The position numbers were made by a program, and so were the translations under genes. A stretch of DNA of 64,000 nt from Candidatus Woesearchaeota archaeon (GTDB lineage: Archaea > Nanobdellota > Nanobdellia > Pacearchaeales > GW2011-AR1), in assembly GCA_964479755.1 (NCBI GenBank), contig CAYZNI010000001.1, positions 10,171-74,170 on the forward strand, in the 5' to 3' direction. Below are positions 19,174 to 30,000 of the stretch, in pieces. The stretch's first letter is position 1. Each line of letters starts with the position of its first letter. The notes beneath the pieces were generated by a model. The model was not told where the DNA came from and searched no databases. It worked only from the letters and a program-made list of their open reading frames with translations.

Positions 19174-19722
19174 CTAATCTAAGGAAAATTCTTTTATAGT
19201 TTTATAAACAGGACCTAGAGGCTTCAAATCAGAGGACATTAACTTAAAGGAATTAACTTGGAATTTTATATTTTTTACTTTTATATTATTTATTTTTTCT
19301 ACAAATTGTGATTTATCGCTGATGTGTTTTATGCGCGCGAGTGTGAGATGAGACATAAAACGCTGCTCTTTTTTGAACTCGGTTGATAATACTAGATCAA
19401 TTTGCTTTTGTAAGTCGTGAATTGGTTTTCCTCCGACTTTAATCCAAACTATTCTTGGGGATTTCCTATAGGAGAAAGTGCCCATGTTTAGAAGAGAAGC
19501 ATTAAACGAAGAGAATTCTATTTGCGAGAGCTTTTGTTGAACTAAAGACAGAGTTTCTTGAGAGATTTCTCCGAGAAACTTGAGAGTTAGATGCAAGTTT
19601 TCTAGTTCTGTGAGCTTCCCGACGAATTTGTTTTTTAATATTAGAGGGTAAATTCTGGAGATTTCTTTAATTACTTCGTCTGGAAAATTGAGTGCAATGA
19701 ATGCGCGGGTTTTTTGTTCCAT
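19174..19722 (-). CDS. thpR: RNA 2',3'-cyclic phosphodiesterase (2H phosphoesterase, LigT/ThpR family).
   Basis: Two H-x-T-x motifs, HLTLKFLG and HLTLARI. Confidence 0.7.
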   Translation of the reverse strand: MEQKTRAFIALNFPDEVIKEISRIYPLILKNKFVGKLTELENLHLTLKFLGEISQETLSLVQQKLSQIEFSSFNASLLNMGTFSYRKSPRIVWIKVGGKPIHDLQKQIDLVLSTEFKKEQRFMSHLTLARIKHISDKSQFVEKINNIKVKNIKFQVNSFKLMSSDLKPLGPVYKTIKEFSLD

Positions 19723-19723
19723 A

Positions 19724-20929
19724 TTATTTAGGAACTATCGCAGCGGTAGAGTATTTTTTTATTAGGTATTTGGAAAGGGACTTGACATCATTAAGAGTGA
19801 CTGCGAGAATCTTTTTTTCCTGAGTGTAGTAGTTTTCGGCTTTGTCAATTAGTTCGTGCATCATAAGCTCGTTCATAACGCCCGAGGATTCTTCTTTGGA
19901 AAGTATTTGCAAGCCAGTGATACGCTGTTTTGCCTCTTTTAAGTCTTTTTCGGACATTTTTTCGATGTTTTTGAAGCCTTCTAGAATTAGAGATTTTACT
20001 TGAGGAATTGCAGTCTTAGTTGTTCCAACGTAAATTGCATAATAAGAGTAGTTTTTTTCAGTTGAGATGTAGGATTTTACGGCATAGGCAAGACCGCGCT
20101 CTTCTCTAATTGTCAGAAATAGTTTTGAAGACATGCCGTTTGCTAAGTGCGCATCAAGAACTTCGAGAACTGCGTGTGAGCTTTCTGTAAGAAGCGGCGC
20201 GTGCATAGCGAGCATGAAGTGAGCCTGATCTATGCCATCGCGCTCTTCAGAAGTTTCTTTGTTAAGCAGTTTAATACTTTTCGGGGCTATTGAGACTTTT
20301 TTTGGGACGAAGTTTTTTTCCAAAAAAGCGCAGACTTTTTTCAAGTCGGCTTTGCCTACAATAGTGACAATGAAATTTCCTGGATTGTACATTTTGTTGA
20401 AATAGTCAAATACGAAATCGCGACTAAGAGAGTTTAGAGTTTCGGCGCTGCCAATGACGTTTTCGCCGAATGGCTTGTCGTAGAGATTGGTTTCTATTTT
20501 GTCGTTTATGTCTCTTTGCGGCGCATCATGGTACATTTTGATTTCCTCTATAACTATACGGCGCTCTTTTTCGAATTTATTCTTTTCAAAAATTGGGTTG
20601 TTAAGCATATCGGCAAGAATCTCGAGACCTGCAAAAAGATGTTCGCTTGGGAGTTTGAACCAAAAAGAAGTCATGTCGTGAGAGGTAAAGGCATTTAGTA
20701 TGCCTCCTTTTTTTTCAATTTCACGAGAAATGTCTTCGTGAGTTCGGGTTTTTGTGCCTGTAAACACGAGATGTTCAATAAAGTGGGCTATGCCTTTGAT
20801 ATTTGATTCTTCGAATGATGCGCCAAAACGATTTGTGATGGACAAGGAAACTATAGGCAAATTACGGGCTTCGTGCAAAATGGTGATTCCGTTTTTCAAT
20901 TTTAATTTTGTAAAGTTTTTTTGAGACAT
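19724..20929 (-). CDS. M16-family (pitrilysin/insulinase-like) zinc peptidase.
   Basis: Inverted zinc-binding motif HFIEHLVF (HxxEH), and a suitable length. Confidence 0.7.
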   Translation of the reverse strand: MSQKNFTKLKLKNGITILHEARNLPIVSLSITNRFGASFEESNIKGIAHFIEHLVFTGTKTRTHEDISREIEKKGGILNAFTSHDMTSFWFKLPSEHLFAGLEILADMLNNPIFEKNKFEKERRIVIEEIKMYHDAPQRDINDKIETNLYDKPFGENVIGSAETLNSLSRDFVFDYFNKMYNPGNFIVTIVGKADLKKVCAFLEKNFVPKKVSIAPKSIKLLNKETSEERDGIDQAHFMLAMHAPLLTESSHAVLEVLDAHLANGMSSKLFLTIREERGLAYAVKSYISTEKNYSYYAIYVGTTKTAIPQVKSLILEGFKNIEKMSEKDLKEAKQRITGLQILSKEESSGVMNELMMHELIDKAENYYTQEKKILAVTLNDVKSLSKYLIKKYSTAAIVPK

Positions 20930-21273
20930 TTAAGGAAAAATTGAAGGAAGTTAATAAAGTTTGTGAATTGATTTAGGCAATTATGGGTTTAACATCCTAC
21001 AAATCATTTGGGCGTGATTTGCAATAATTTGTAACTAAATAGTAGTTTCAATAGAAAGTTTTAAAAACGCTTGAATTCTGGGATTTTTATGAAAGAACTA
21101 AGCGAATTTGTTTTAGGAGAAGAAGGCGCTGGGCTAGATATTTACAGGAATGGGGGACTGACAGAACAATTAAGGGGAGGGTTAAATTACATTAGAAAGA
21201 TGGATTTGATTCCGGAGGGAAAGTCAATAAGAGACTATATTCCATTGCTTACTGCGTTTGTTTATGCAGCGCT

Positions 21274-22227
21274 GTGTTAAAATTTAGAAACTTATTTAAC
21301 TTTGTTTTTCTCTTGAGTGAAATGCCCATCAATGCAGGATACGAGTATTTCAACGCGGAAAAGGAATATCTGGCGGCACAGAGCCTAGAACAGAAGATTT
21401 ATTGGCTTGAAGAAATGATTCGGAAGGCACCGAAACACAAGTCGAGCGAGAATTTTGTTTCGGAGTTGAAGCAGAGACTTAAGAAATTGCAGGAAAAGTC
21501 TGAGAAACTTGCAAAGAAATCGGGCGGCAAAAAAGGAATCAGGAAGGAAGGATTTCAGTTTGTTCTTGTTGGAAAAACAAATGCGGGGAAGAGCCTTTTA
21601 TTAAGCAAATTGACTAACGCAGCTCCCAAAGTTGCCGAGTATCAGTTTTCAACAAGAGAGCCAGAACTTGGAACATTTGTTTTTCAGGGTGCTAAGGCAC
21701 AGGTTGTCGATGATCCTTCAGTTGGAAGCGAGTATTTTGACGTTGGAATTGCAAATAATGCGGATTGTTTGCTGATTGTGGTTGAGAATATAGAGGAGGT
21801 TGCGGAAATTGAAAAGTTCATGCCGCGAGCGCGAGGGAAAAAAATTATTGTTGTGAACAAAAGCGATTTGCTTGACAATGGTGAGAAAAGAAAATTGACT
21901 GACAAGATTCGAAGCAGAAAGATAAACGGAGTTGTTGTGAGCTCTTTGAGCGGTGAGGGAATTTTGGAGCTGAAGGAGAAAATGTTTTTAGTTATGGATG
22001 TAGTTCGCGTTTACTTGAAAGAGCCTGGAAAACAGCCGAAAGGAGAGCCGTTAGTGCTGAAGCCAGGGGCGACGATTAAAGATGTTGCCGAAGGGATAAG
22101 AAAAGGGTTTTATCTTACGATTAGCGAAACGAGAGTTACTGGGCCGTCAGGGAAGTTTCCAAACCAAAAAGTGGGCTTGCAGCACGTTGTCAAGGACAGG
22201 GATGTTGTCGAGTTTCACACTCGATAA
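21274..22227 (+). CDS. Obg/DRG-like GTPase with a C-terminal TGS-like domain.
   Basis: G1 motif GKTNAGKS and G4 motif NKSD. The C-terminal block RVYLKEPGKQPKGEPLVLKPGATIKDVAEGI is TGS-like. The start may be the internal Met near 21322. Confidence 0.55.
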   Translation: MLKFRNLFNFVFLLSEMPINAGYEYFNAEKEYLAAQSLEQKIYWLEEMIRKAPKHKSSENFVSELKQRLKKLQEKSEKLAKKSGGKKGIRKEGFQFVLVGKTNAGKSLLLSKLTNAAPKVAEYQFSTREPELGTFVFQGAKAQVVDDPSVGSEYFDVGIANNADCLLIVVENIEEVAEIEKFMPRARGKKIIVVNKSDLLDNGEKRKLTDKIRSRKINGVVVSSLSGEGILELKEKMFLVMDVVRVYLKEPGKQPKGEPLVLKPGATIKDVAEGIRKGFYLTISETRVTGPSGKFPNQKVGLQHVVKDRDVVEFHTR

Positions 22228-22809
22228 ATATATGCTCTAAAACGATAATTGTTATTAAGTAATTTGAATAAGAAATATAAAACTGTTTTCTTTTATTATG
22301 ACAGCTATTTTTTCCATAATCTTAACAGAAATAGGAGCAAAAGCGATAAAAGACTTTCTAGAATGAACTTACTTAAGTGTAGCTTTAATATTGTTAGGTT
22401 TTCTTATTTAGTATTTTGTTAGTTGTATTGTGGAAATTATTATATTCGCTTTTAGATTTTTTTGGAAGGTAAAAAAAGATGAATAAGAAAGGTCAGGGAT
22501 TTACATATAATGATATGCTGAGGTAATAAAGATAATCATAATAGCAATAGATGGCTTTATCATAATAATGCTCTTTTATCGGCTATTTAACAGTTAATTT
22601 AAAGATAGCTAGAAAAGTATAAATATCGCGGATTGTTTTTCTAGAAATGAATAAAAGAGGATTAAGCAGACTGGCTTGGATGTTGATTATAATTGGCATA
22701 TTGATTATTGGATTTGGAGTTTGGTGGTTTTTTTTAAGAGCGACTCCGTCAGGTGGGATTTTTATCAATCCGAGTTAAAGTTTATATATAGGGAATTTTA
22801 ATAAAAAAG

Positions 22810-23373
22810 ATGATATTTGAAGGGAACTTAAGTTTGGATACTAAAGGAAAACCTTATACTGGCAAGCCAATTTTTGATTCCAGACAGAGTGTAATGGTAT
22901 TCGATATTGATGATACTTTGCTTTTGCAAAAAGGCAATTTTGAAAAAGGCATCAGGAATGGGGGGGATAAGTATAAACTGCATCATCAGGCAAAGGATAT
23001 TGTGAGGCAGGCGTTGTATGATTTTGACAAAGTCGTTCTTTGGACTGCACGGCCGCGGGCTCTTGAAAATTTCTCGGGGCAGGTTTTTGATGATGTACAT
23101 TTGAGAATTGCCGGAGGGGTTTTTGTCAACGATATGATAATAAAAGACTTGAGAATTTTGTCTGAAGACTTGTCCAGAGTAGTTGCGGTGCAAGATGGAA
23201 TTAAAGAAATATCTTTTGAGCCTTTGAACAGAGTAGTTCAGGTAGAGAAAGGTGAAGACTTAAAGAAAAAACTTAATGAGGCTAGAGTTTTGGTTTATGG
23301 ACTAGGTTTCAAGACTGGCAGAGCATTTGAACCAGTTTTTTCTCAGGCTGCTTCATTTTATGGTGCTTCTTAA
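22810..23373 (+). CDS. HAD-superfamily phosphatase of the NIF/FCP1-like type.
   Basis: HAD motif I VFDIDDTLL. The block KDLRILSEDLSRVVAVQD resembles the NIF motif KDLsxLgRdLsxviiiDN. Confidence 0.45.
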   Translation: MIFEGNLSLDTKGKPYTGKPIFDSRQSVMVFDIDDTLLLQKGNFEKGIRNGGDKYKLHHQAKDIVRQALYDFDKVVLWTARPRALENFSGQVFDDVHLRIAGGVFVNDMIIKDLRILSEDLSRVVAVQDGIKEISFEPLNRVVQVEKGEDLKKKLNEARVLVYGLGFKTGRAFEPVFSQAASFYGAS

Positions 23374-23389
23374 TCGTTTAATATGAGGT

Positions 23390-24403
23390 TTACCAGTAGG
23401 CTATTTTATATAATTCTTTGATTTTTGGGTTTTCTCTGATTGGCTTTACCAAATTGTTTATTTCTATCGCTATTGCATTTTTCAAATCAAGAGGATGAAG
23501 TTTCTTTTCTGCAAACTCTTTCTCCATTTCAGCATAGGCTGAGAATTTCAAATCGCCGCCGAATTTGTCTGGCCGCTTAATGATTAGTTTTTCTTTTTTG
23601 TCTTGCTTTATTGGAAAGATTACGTATTTTGCGAAGGACATTAGCCCGTTATTAACCTCTCCCGCCACACATTCGGCATTATTAATCTTTTTCTTAATTG
23701 TCTCTTCATCGTCCAGCATATCTATTTTGCTTCCTGGAATGCTCGAGGACATTTTTTTGCCTGTCAAACCTGGGACCATTGGATTCATTAGTTCAATTCT
23801 TGGTTTGTAGCCGATTTTAGGAAGAAACTCGCGTGCAAAAACAAAAATTTTTCTTTGATCTACCCCGCCGAATTGCATGTCCACTTGGAGGTATTCTTCG
23901 TCAAGAGCCTGCATAATAGGATAAATTAAGTTTCCCAGTTTAGGATTTTCTTCCATTTTTACAACTTCGGATGCAGCTTTTATTGTATCTTTAATCGTTG
24001 AGATCATTGACATTTTTAAAACGTCAAGAAAATATTTATTTGAAAGTTGAATATTACTGCCTTTGACAAACTCAAGCTTTTTTGTGTCAACATTGATAGA
24101 TTTTAGCATTGCCGGAATTAAGGCCTCGTAATAGACTTGTCTTTTTTCTAAAACATCCCAAGTAACACTATCGAGTGCTGCGTGAAGGTCTGCAATTAAT
24201 ATTTTAACTTTTAGTCCTGCTTTAAGAAAATCTCCGATTTTAATAAGTGGAACAAAGTAAGAAACGTGCGGGCTTCCTGTGGGCATAGTCCCCCAGTAAA
24301 CTGAAGGAGATTTTTTCTTTTCAAGCAAATTTTTTAGCTCTTCTTCTGAGATTATTTCCTGGAGGTTTCGTGTTATTAACTCGATTTTTTCTTTATTATT
24401 CAT
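23390..24403 (-). CDS. tyrS: Tyrosyl-tRNA synthetase, archaeal type.
   Basis: HIGH-region variant MPTGSPHVSY and KMSKS variant KKMSSS. Length 337 aa. Confidence 0.8.
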   Translation of the reverse strand: MNNKEKIELITRNLQEIISEEELKNLLEKKKSPSVYWGTMPTGSPHVSYFVPLIKIGDFLKAGLKVKILIADLHAALDSVTWDVLEKRQVYYEALIPAMLKSINVDTKKLEFVKGSNIQLSNKYFLDVLKMSMISTIKDTIKAASEVVKMEENPKLGNLIYPIMQALDEEYLQVDMQFGGVDQRKIFVFAREFLPKIGYKPRIELMNPMVPGLTGKKMSSSIPGSKIDMLDDEETIKKKINNAECVAGEVNNGLMSFAKYVIFPIKQDKKEKLIIKRPDKFGGDLKFSAYAEMEKEFAEKKLHPLDLKNAIAIEINNLVKPIRENPKIKELYKIAYW

Positions 24404-24763
24404 TTGAGAAATAGAAAAAGAGTTAATATAAAGATTGCTGTTTTTGTGATGAGGAGGACTGCATTGATTGTTTTTATATCAGGGATTCTGGTGTTGCTGT
24501 TATTGATGATGCGGGGGCCTGTCGAAGTGAATTCAATGGAAGAGCTGGGAAAGCTTGAAGTGAACCAGAAAGTTTCTTTAATCGGGAAGGTGGAGAGCGA
24601 GAGATTCTTGTCAGGTTCGAAGAAGATGTTTGCGATGGATTCTGGGATTGAACTTGTTTGCGATTGTTCAGAAAGTTTTGTTGAAAAGGAGATAATGGCT
24701 GAGGGGTTTGTGAGTGAGTTTAATGGGAAGAGGCAGGTTGAGGTTTTCAGTATTAAAAGTTAG
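24404..24763 (+). CDS. Membrane-anchored OB-fold-like protein.
   Basis: An N-terminal TM helix, then a KVSLIGKVESERFL...EVFSI pattern suggestive of an OB fold. Confidence 0.3.
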   Translation: MRNRKRVNIKIAVFVMRRTALIVFISGILVLLLLMMRGPVEVNSMEELGKLEVNQKVSLIGKVESERFLSGSKKMFAMDSGIELVCDCSESFVEKEIMAEGFVSEFNGKRQVEVFSIKS

Positions 24764-25754
24764 ACCAAGAGGCTATAAAGTAGTCATCACTGTAAGGTTG
24801 ATTTTGTTCTATAAACCTAATTTTTTCAGGCGCATAGTCTATTGTAGCTAATCTTGCTTGTTCATTTTCCCCCGACCCTAGAAACCTTATATTGTCTCCA
24901 TACGTGTATCCATATTCCCCTTTTCCCCAAACTTCTGTAAATTTTTGCCTAACTTTCAAATGTTTTCTAAACAATGCACCATTTCCTCCGTTAGGGTCGG
25001 TATTTATAACTGTAAAATTAAATCCATGGTATTGTGTTTGTGGCGTTAAATGTTCAAACTCTATATCTCCAAAATTAAAAGTAAGCAGATAAGTGTCAAT
25101 AGGATAACCACTAGAATTTTTAACTGCAAAAATTGTACCATTAAGTGGATAATTTATCCATGGAGTTATTTCAAAATAATTTCCATATTCATCAAAAGTT
25201 TTACCAAAATTTACTCTATAATCGTTTGCCGCAAATCCTACATTCTTTTCGTGAGTATATGTAATCTCAGTAATATTCAACTTAATTCTAGCGCTAACTG
25301 CACAGATATGTCCACGACCGCCTTCGCAAATGGTTGCCCACCCAGTTCCGTTCCATTTTAAAAGATGCACTAAGTTGGGCCCCAGAATTTTTGCTGTAAG
25401 AAAGTGACTTTCCCATTCCTTTAGTTCTGTTCCGCAAGCCCTGTTAAGTTGACTGCAGTCACTAACCGAAATCCCTGCAACCTTAACACACATATTATTC
25501 CTACAGCTTAAATGCCATTCATTTGTGCAAATAAAACTTCCTCCTGTTGATCTTGGGAAAACATCACAATCAACATCTGCTAAATCTCCTTGCGGGGCTT
25601 GAATAGGTCTAGTAGTAGTCTCCTTGTTGCTTGGCGGTGCAAACATAATTAAAGAAAAAAAAGATGTAATAAAAATTATAACAAAGGCAGACAAAAACAA
25701 AATTCCGAAAAGCCCTAAAGGGCTAATTCCCCCTCTCTCTCTCTCTCTCTTCAT
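24753..25754 (-). CDS. Secreted or membrane-anchored cysteine-rich protein. Its N-terminal codons are encoded by a (GA)n tract.
   Basis: 333-aa ORF. It begins MKRERERGG, followed by a hydrophobic helix, and contains many Cys and NxS/T sites. Confidence 0.45.
   Translation of the reverse strand: MKRERERGGISPLGLFGILFLSAFVIIFITSFFSLIMFAPPSNKETTTRPIQAPQGDLADVDCDVFPRSTGGSFICTNEWHLSCRNNMCVKVAGISVSDCSQLNRACGTELKEWESHFLTAKILGPNLVHLLKWNGTGWATICEGGRGHICAVSARIKLNITEITYTHEKNVGFAANDYRVNFGKTFDEYGNYFEITPWINYPLNGTIFAVKNSSGYPIDTYLLTFNFGDIEFEHLTPQTQYHGFNFTVINTDPNGGNGALFRKHLKVRQKFTEVWGKGEYGYTYGDNIRFLGSGENEQARLATIDYAPEKIRFIEQNQPYSDDYFIASWSNF
25733..25750. repeat. (CT)9 dinucleotide microsatellite inside the first codons of the 24753..25754 gene.
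   Basis: ctctctctctctctctct read directly. It encodes RERERE on the minus strand. Confidence 0.9.
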
Positions 25755-26203
25755 GACGGTTTTAGGTCGACGAGGTTTATAAATTTTGTGCTAATTTTAA
25801 GTCCGCGGCTCATAAATTAGCATAATGATTGCTTGGGCAGTCTTTAGTTCCTCTATGAAATTTTTTGTCATTAAGCCGTATTCTCCGAAAATTCGGGGAG
25901 AATTGGAAGAATACTTGAGAGAACACGATGGCAGCAATGTTTCAAACTTGTTTTTTGGACCAAAATATTTTTTTATAATTAGAGACAAAGGTCTTATGAT
26001 ACCAGAATTAAGCTTAGTCAGGGTAAGCCAAAGCCCTGCTCCTGATATTGCTTTTTTCGTGAACTCTGATTATTTATTGGAAGGTTATGGCTCTGGAGAA
26101 TACAACATGAGTTGCATAAGAGCGAGCAAAGGAATTTATGAACCGGGAAAAGTATTAAGAAGAAAATGTTGGTCTATTTCGGGTTTAAATTTTAGATAAG
26201 AAA

Positions 26204-26659
26204 CTATTTCTTGCTCCAGGCAGCAATGCCCAGGAAGACTAAGTTTACAGGCTGAATCAAATTGAACAGAGACCACCATCCAGGGCGGCGCATTTTTTCG
26301 TATGTTTTCCAGAGCCAGAGGATTGAAAATACCATCACTGCTGCGAAAGCTAAAGAGCCTATGAATGGAACTGGAATCAAGATTAATAATAGAATTGGCC
26401 ACCAGTGCATTTTCGCTGTTTTTGCGATGATAATTAGAGGGCCGACAATTGGTATCCAGGCAATTCCTGGAGGAGAGTATTTGACTTTGCGCGCGATTGC
26501 CATATAGGCGAGCGAGGTATAGATGTAGATTGCAACTATTAGAATAACTAAAAGAATTATTAGGCCGACTAACAAAAATGCAAGACCACCGAGAAACATG
26601 GCGAGTGCTTCAGGGCCGAAGTTGCCTGCGAATAAAACTGATGAAGCTTGAAACACCAT
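26204..26659 (-). CDS. Small integral membrane protein.
   Basis: 151-aa ORF with about four hydrophobic helices. Confidence 0.4.
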   Translation of the reverse strand: MVFQASSVLFAGNFGPEALAMFLGGLAFLLVGLIILLVILIVAIYIYTSLAYMAIARKVKYSPPGIAWIPIVGPLIIIAKTAKMHWWPILLLILIPVPFIGSLAFAAVMVFSILWLWKTYEKMRRPGWWSLFNLIQPVNLVFLGIAAWSKK

Positions 26660-27071
26660 ATTGATTTTAGGATGTTAGTGTTTAAAAGATTTTTGTTTTT
26701 TTCGGCGGGAGTAATAACTATTCTCCCCACTGCCAGTGCGCATCTTTGGGATGCCTAAATGAATAGACCAGAGTCTCCAGATCGTTTATTGTTTTTCGGA
26801 TTGCTCGGCCGACTTTTTTCGGGATGTTGTGGCGATAGGCGTTAGTGATATATCTTGCTGGATGGAATTGGTTATTGGGGCTTTCAGGTTGATAAAAGAC
26901 TTGCTGAGTTTGAATTGAAGAAGGACTTTCTGGAAGTGAATTTCTATATGAAACTTTATATCCCGGAAAGAGAATCACTGAAGCACTGACAGCAAAACAT
27001 AGCAATTTGTGTTGCATCACCATAGTGCTTATAGAAGTTCCAGGTATTTAATTGTTAACAAAGTATAAAAA

Positions 27072-30000
27072 TTGAGCTTGGCTTTTTGTTTAATGAGAAA
27101 AAAGGTGTATGCTCTTGTTGTGATTTGCGTGTTGTTAGCTGCGGTTTCGGTTTATTTCTTGGTAAAATCCGGAAGCAAAAAAATTGTGCCTAATTATGAC
27201 AGTTGCCATAATGGAATCAAAGATGGAGATGAGGCAGGGACAGATTGCGGAGGGGTTTGTGAGGGCCTTTTTCAGGCAGCTTGCGTGAAATATGAGTCAA
27301 TTGCATATTCCCCTCCTTTACCGAGCGTTGATGTTTGCGGAGATGGATTTTGCAAAGGAAGTGAAAGCGTCGAAAGCTGCCTGACTGACTGTAAAGGGAG
27401 CTGCGGAGATGGATTTTGCAATCCTAGAACGGAGAGCCCTTTTTCTGGGACACCGGGATATTGCTCTTCTGACTGTAGAGAAGAATATTTATTGACCCCA
27501 AGAATTTGGGTTGTTGAACAACAAAATCCGAGTTGCGATGATAATTCAGCTGACTCTGGAACAAAGGATAAGCCCTTATGCACTCTTAATGCTGCCTCTT
27601 TTAAGGCAAGAGGAGGAGATAGTATTTTTATACGAGGAATACAAGCATATAATCATACTGTTAGATTTCTTAATGACTCACAAAATACAGCCAGAATAAC
27701 TGTTAGAGGTTATCCGGGAGAAAGAGGAGTGATTGAAATGGGAGAAAGAGTGGGAGGGGGCTCTGATTCTTGGACTTTTGAAAAAAGTTTTCCTTCTCAA
27801 GACGGAAATGAAGGTTATAAAGTTTGGTCAATAGAATCAGGGCTGGGACCATTTGTTGCACAAAATCTTTCTGAGAATACTTCAAGCAATTATCCTGCAG
27901 GTTTAGTGAGGGAAGGTCAGCAGCTTTTAAGCAGAAGGCTGAATTTAAATGAGTTTGAAACACAACTTACTTCTTATTGGGATAAAGAAAATTTTGAAGC
28001 GTACTATATGGACTGTTCTAATGGCAGATTGTATGTAAGGCTGCTTGAAAGCGTTGACCCAAATAATGAAAGGTTTTATTGGCTAAGAGGCCAAATACAA
28101 ATTAGTTATCCAAATGTAAGATTTGTTGACCTTAATTTAAGGCACGGGTTGGAGGGGGTTTTTCTAAGTTTTCCGGCAGGATTTGAAATTTACGATTCAT
28201 TAATTGAAGAAACTTCAATGGGTATCGGAGATTATGGTTCTAACACTACTGTAGCGGAAAATAACACTATTAGAAGGATTGGGTCAAAGCAGCTAATTGT
28301 TCCTAGCAGTAATGCTGGATTAACCGGACATTTAGTCGCGTATTGCCCGAGTAAGCAGTCCTGGATTGGAGGATATAATTATAACAGAAATTATCTTGAA
28401 CATGCAATTTACGGAACAACAATACGGGGCACACAATTTACAAATAATTTTGTGGAAATGCCAGATATTGAAGTTGCTGTTGCTATTCAGAGAAATTCTA
28501 ATTACTCAGGAAATATAATCAAAGGAGGGGTATTAATCACCTCAGGAAGCTCTGAATTTTTCAATAATATTGTTGAGAGCTATCGACTTGAGGCATTAGA
28601 AATCAGAGGGGGATTGAATAAAATTTATAATAATATATTTTCAGGAAGTCCGCTTTGGACACAATATCCAATTATCCCCATTATTAACCTTATTCCCGGA
28701 AGTGAATTCAGAAATAATATCATTGTTAATACTGCATTGCCTGAATTTGAAACTGGTCCGTGCATAAGAGCTTCCGGCGGTTCGAGTTTTAACAACAACA
28801 TTTACATAAATTGTTTTAACTGGTCGGTAAAAAATGGGGAGGTTTATACTGATTATTCAAACTTTGGCTTATGGAAAAACGCATGGACAAATATTGGAAA
28901 TGACAATGAATCATTTATATCAACTTCTGGAGAGGTTTTCGCTGATTTCGCAGCAGGAAATCTGACTCATAAAATAAATGGAGCGGCTATTGACCGAGGG
29001 ATTAAAATTAGAAATTTAAGTTTTGATATTAATAAAAACTTAAGGCCTTATGATATTTTGGGTGTTGGTGAGGATGGAGTTGATGAAAGAATATATGATA
29101 TTGGCCCGTATGAATTTCCTATCGTGTTTAATGAAGAAATTTCTGATTGCGGAACAATTTCTTTAGAGGGAAATTATAAATTGATTAACAATCTTTTTTC
29201 AACTGGAATATGTTTAATTATAAATGCAGACAATGTTGCTATAGATGGAAATGGTCTTTCTATTAATGGATCTGGTGCTATAAATACAAGAGGAATAATT
29301 GCACAGGGTAGAAAGAATTTAACAATAAAAAATCTGCGAGTTTATAATTATTCAAGCGGGATTTATCTGTATGGGACAAATGACTCAAAGATAATCAACA
29401 ACAGTTTGGAAGAAAATCTTGCAGGAATATTATTAGTTGAAAGCTCAAATAGAAATTATATTAAGAATAACAAACTGTCGAGAAACAAAGACGGAATATA
29501 CTTATCTTTTAGTTCAGACAACAAAGTAGAGGAAAACCTGGCATACTCTAATTATTTTACTGGAATTGTCTCTGACTCTGGAGGCGGAAGAAATAATTTC
29601 ACAGATAATAATGTAAGCTATAATACAAGGGGTTTTGATATATATCTTAGCAATTCAAATAATTTTATTAACAATAAAGCAAACTTTAATTCGCAATATG
29701 GAATAAGGCTGCAGGAAAATTCGAATGGAAACACTTTGGTGAACAATATTTTGGTAGGAAACTTAAACAATGGAATTTATCTAAACTCATCAGGAAACCT
29801 CATATGGGGCGGGCTAATAAAAGACTCTGTTGGCAGTGCACTTTTGTTATTGGATTTTGCAAAAAATAATTTGTTTAGAAGTGTAGAAATCCAAAATACG
29901 AGCAGATCATACTTTGATTTAAAAATTGAGAGTTCTGGAGCAGATGGTAATGTTTTTGAGGATATTAGAATAATGAATTATACATTCGGCTCCTCTGGTT

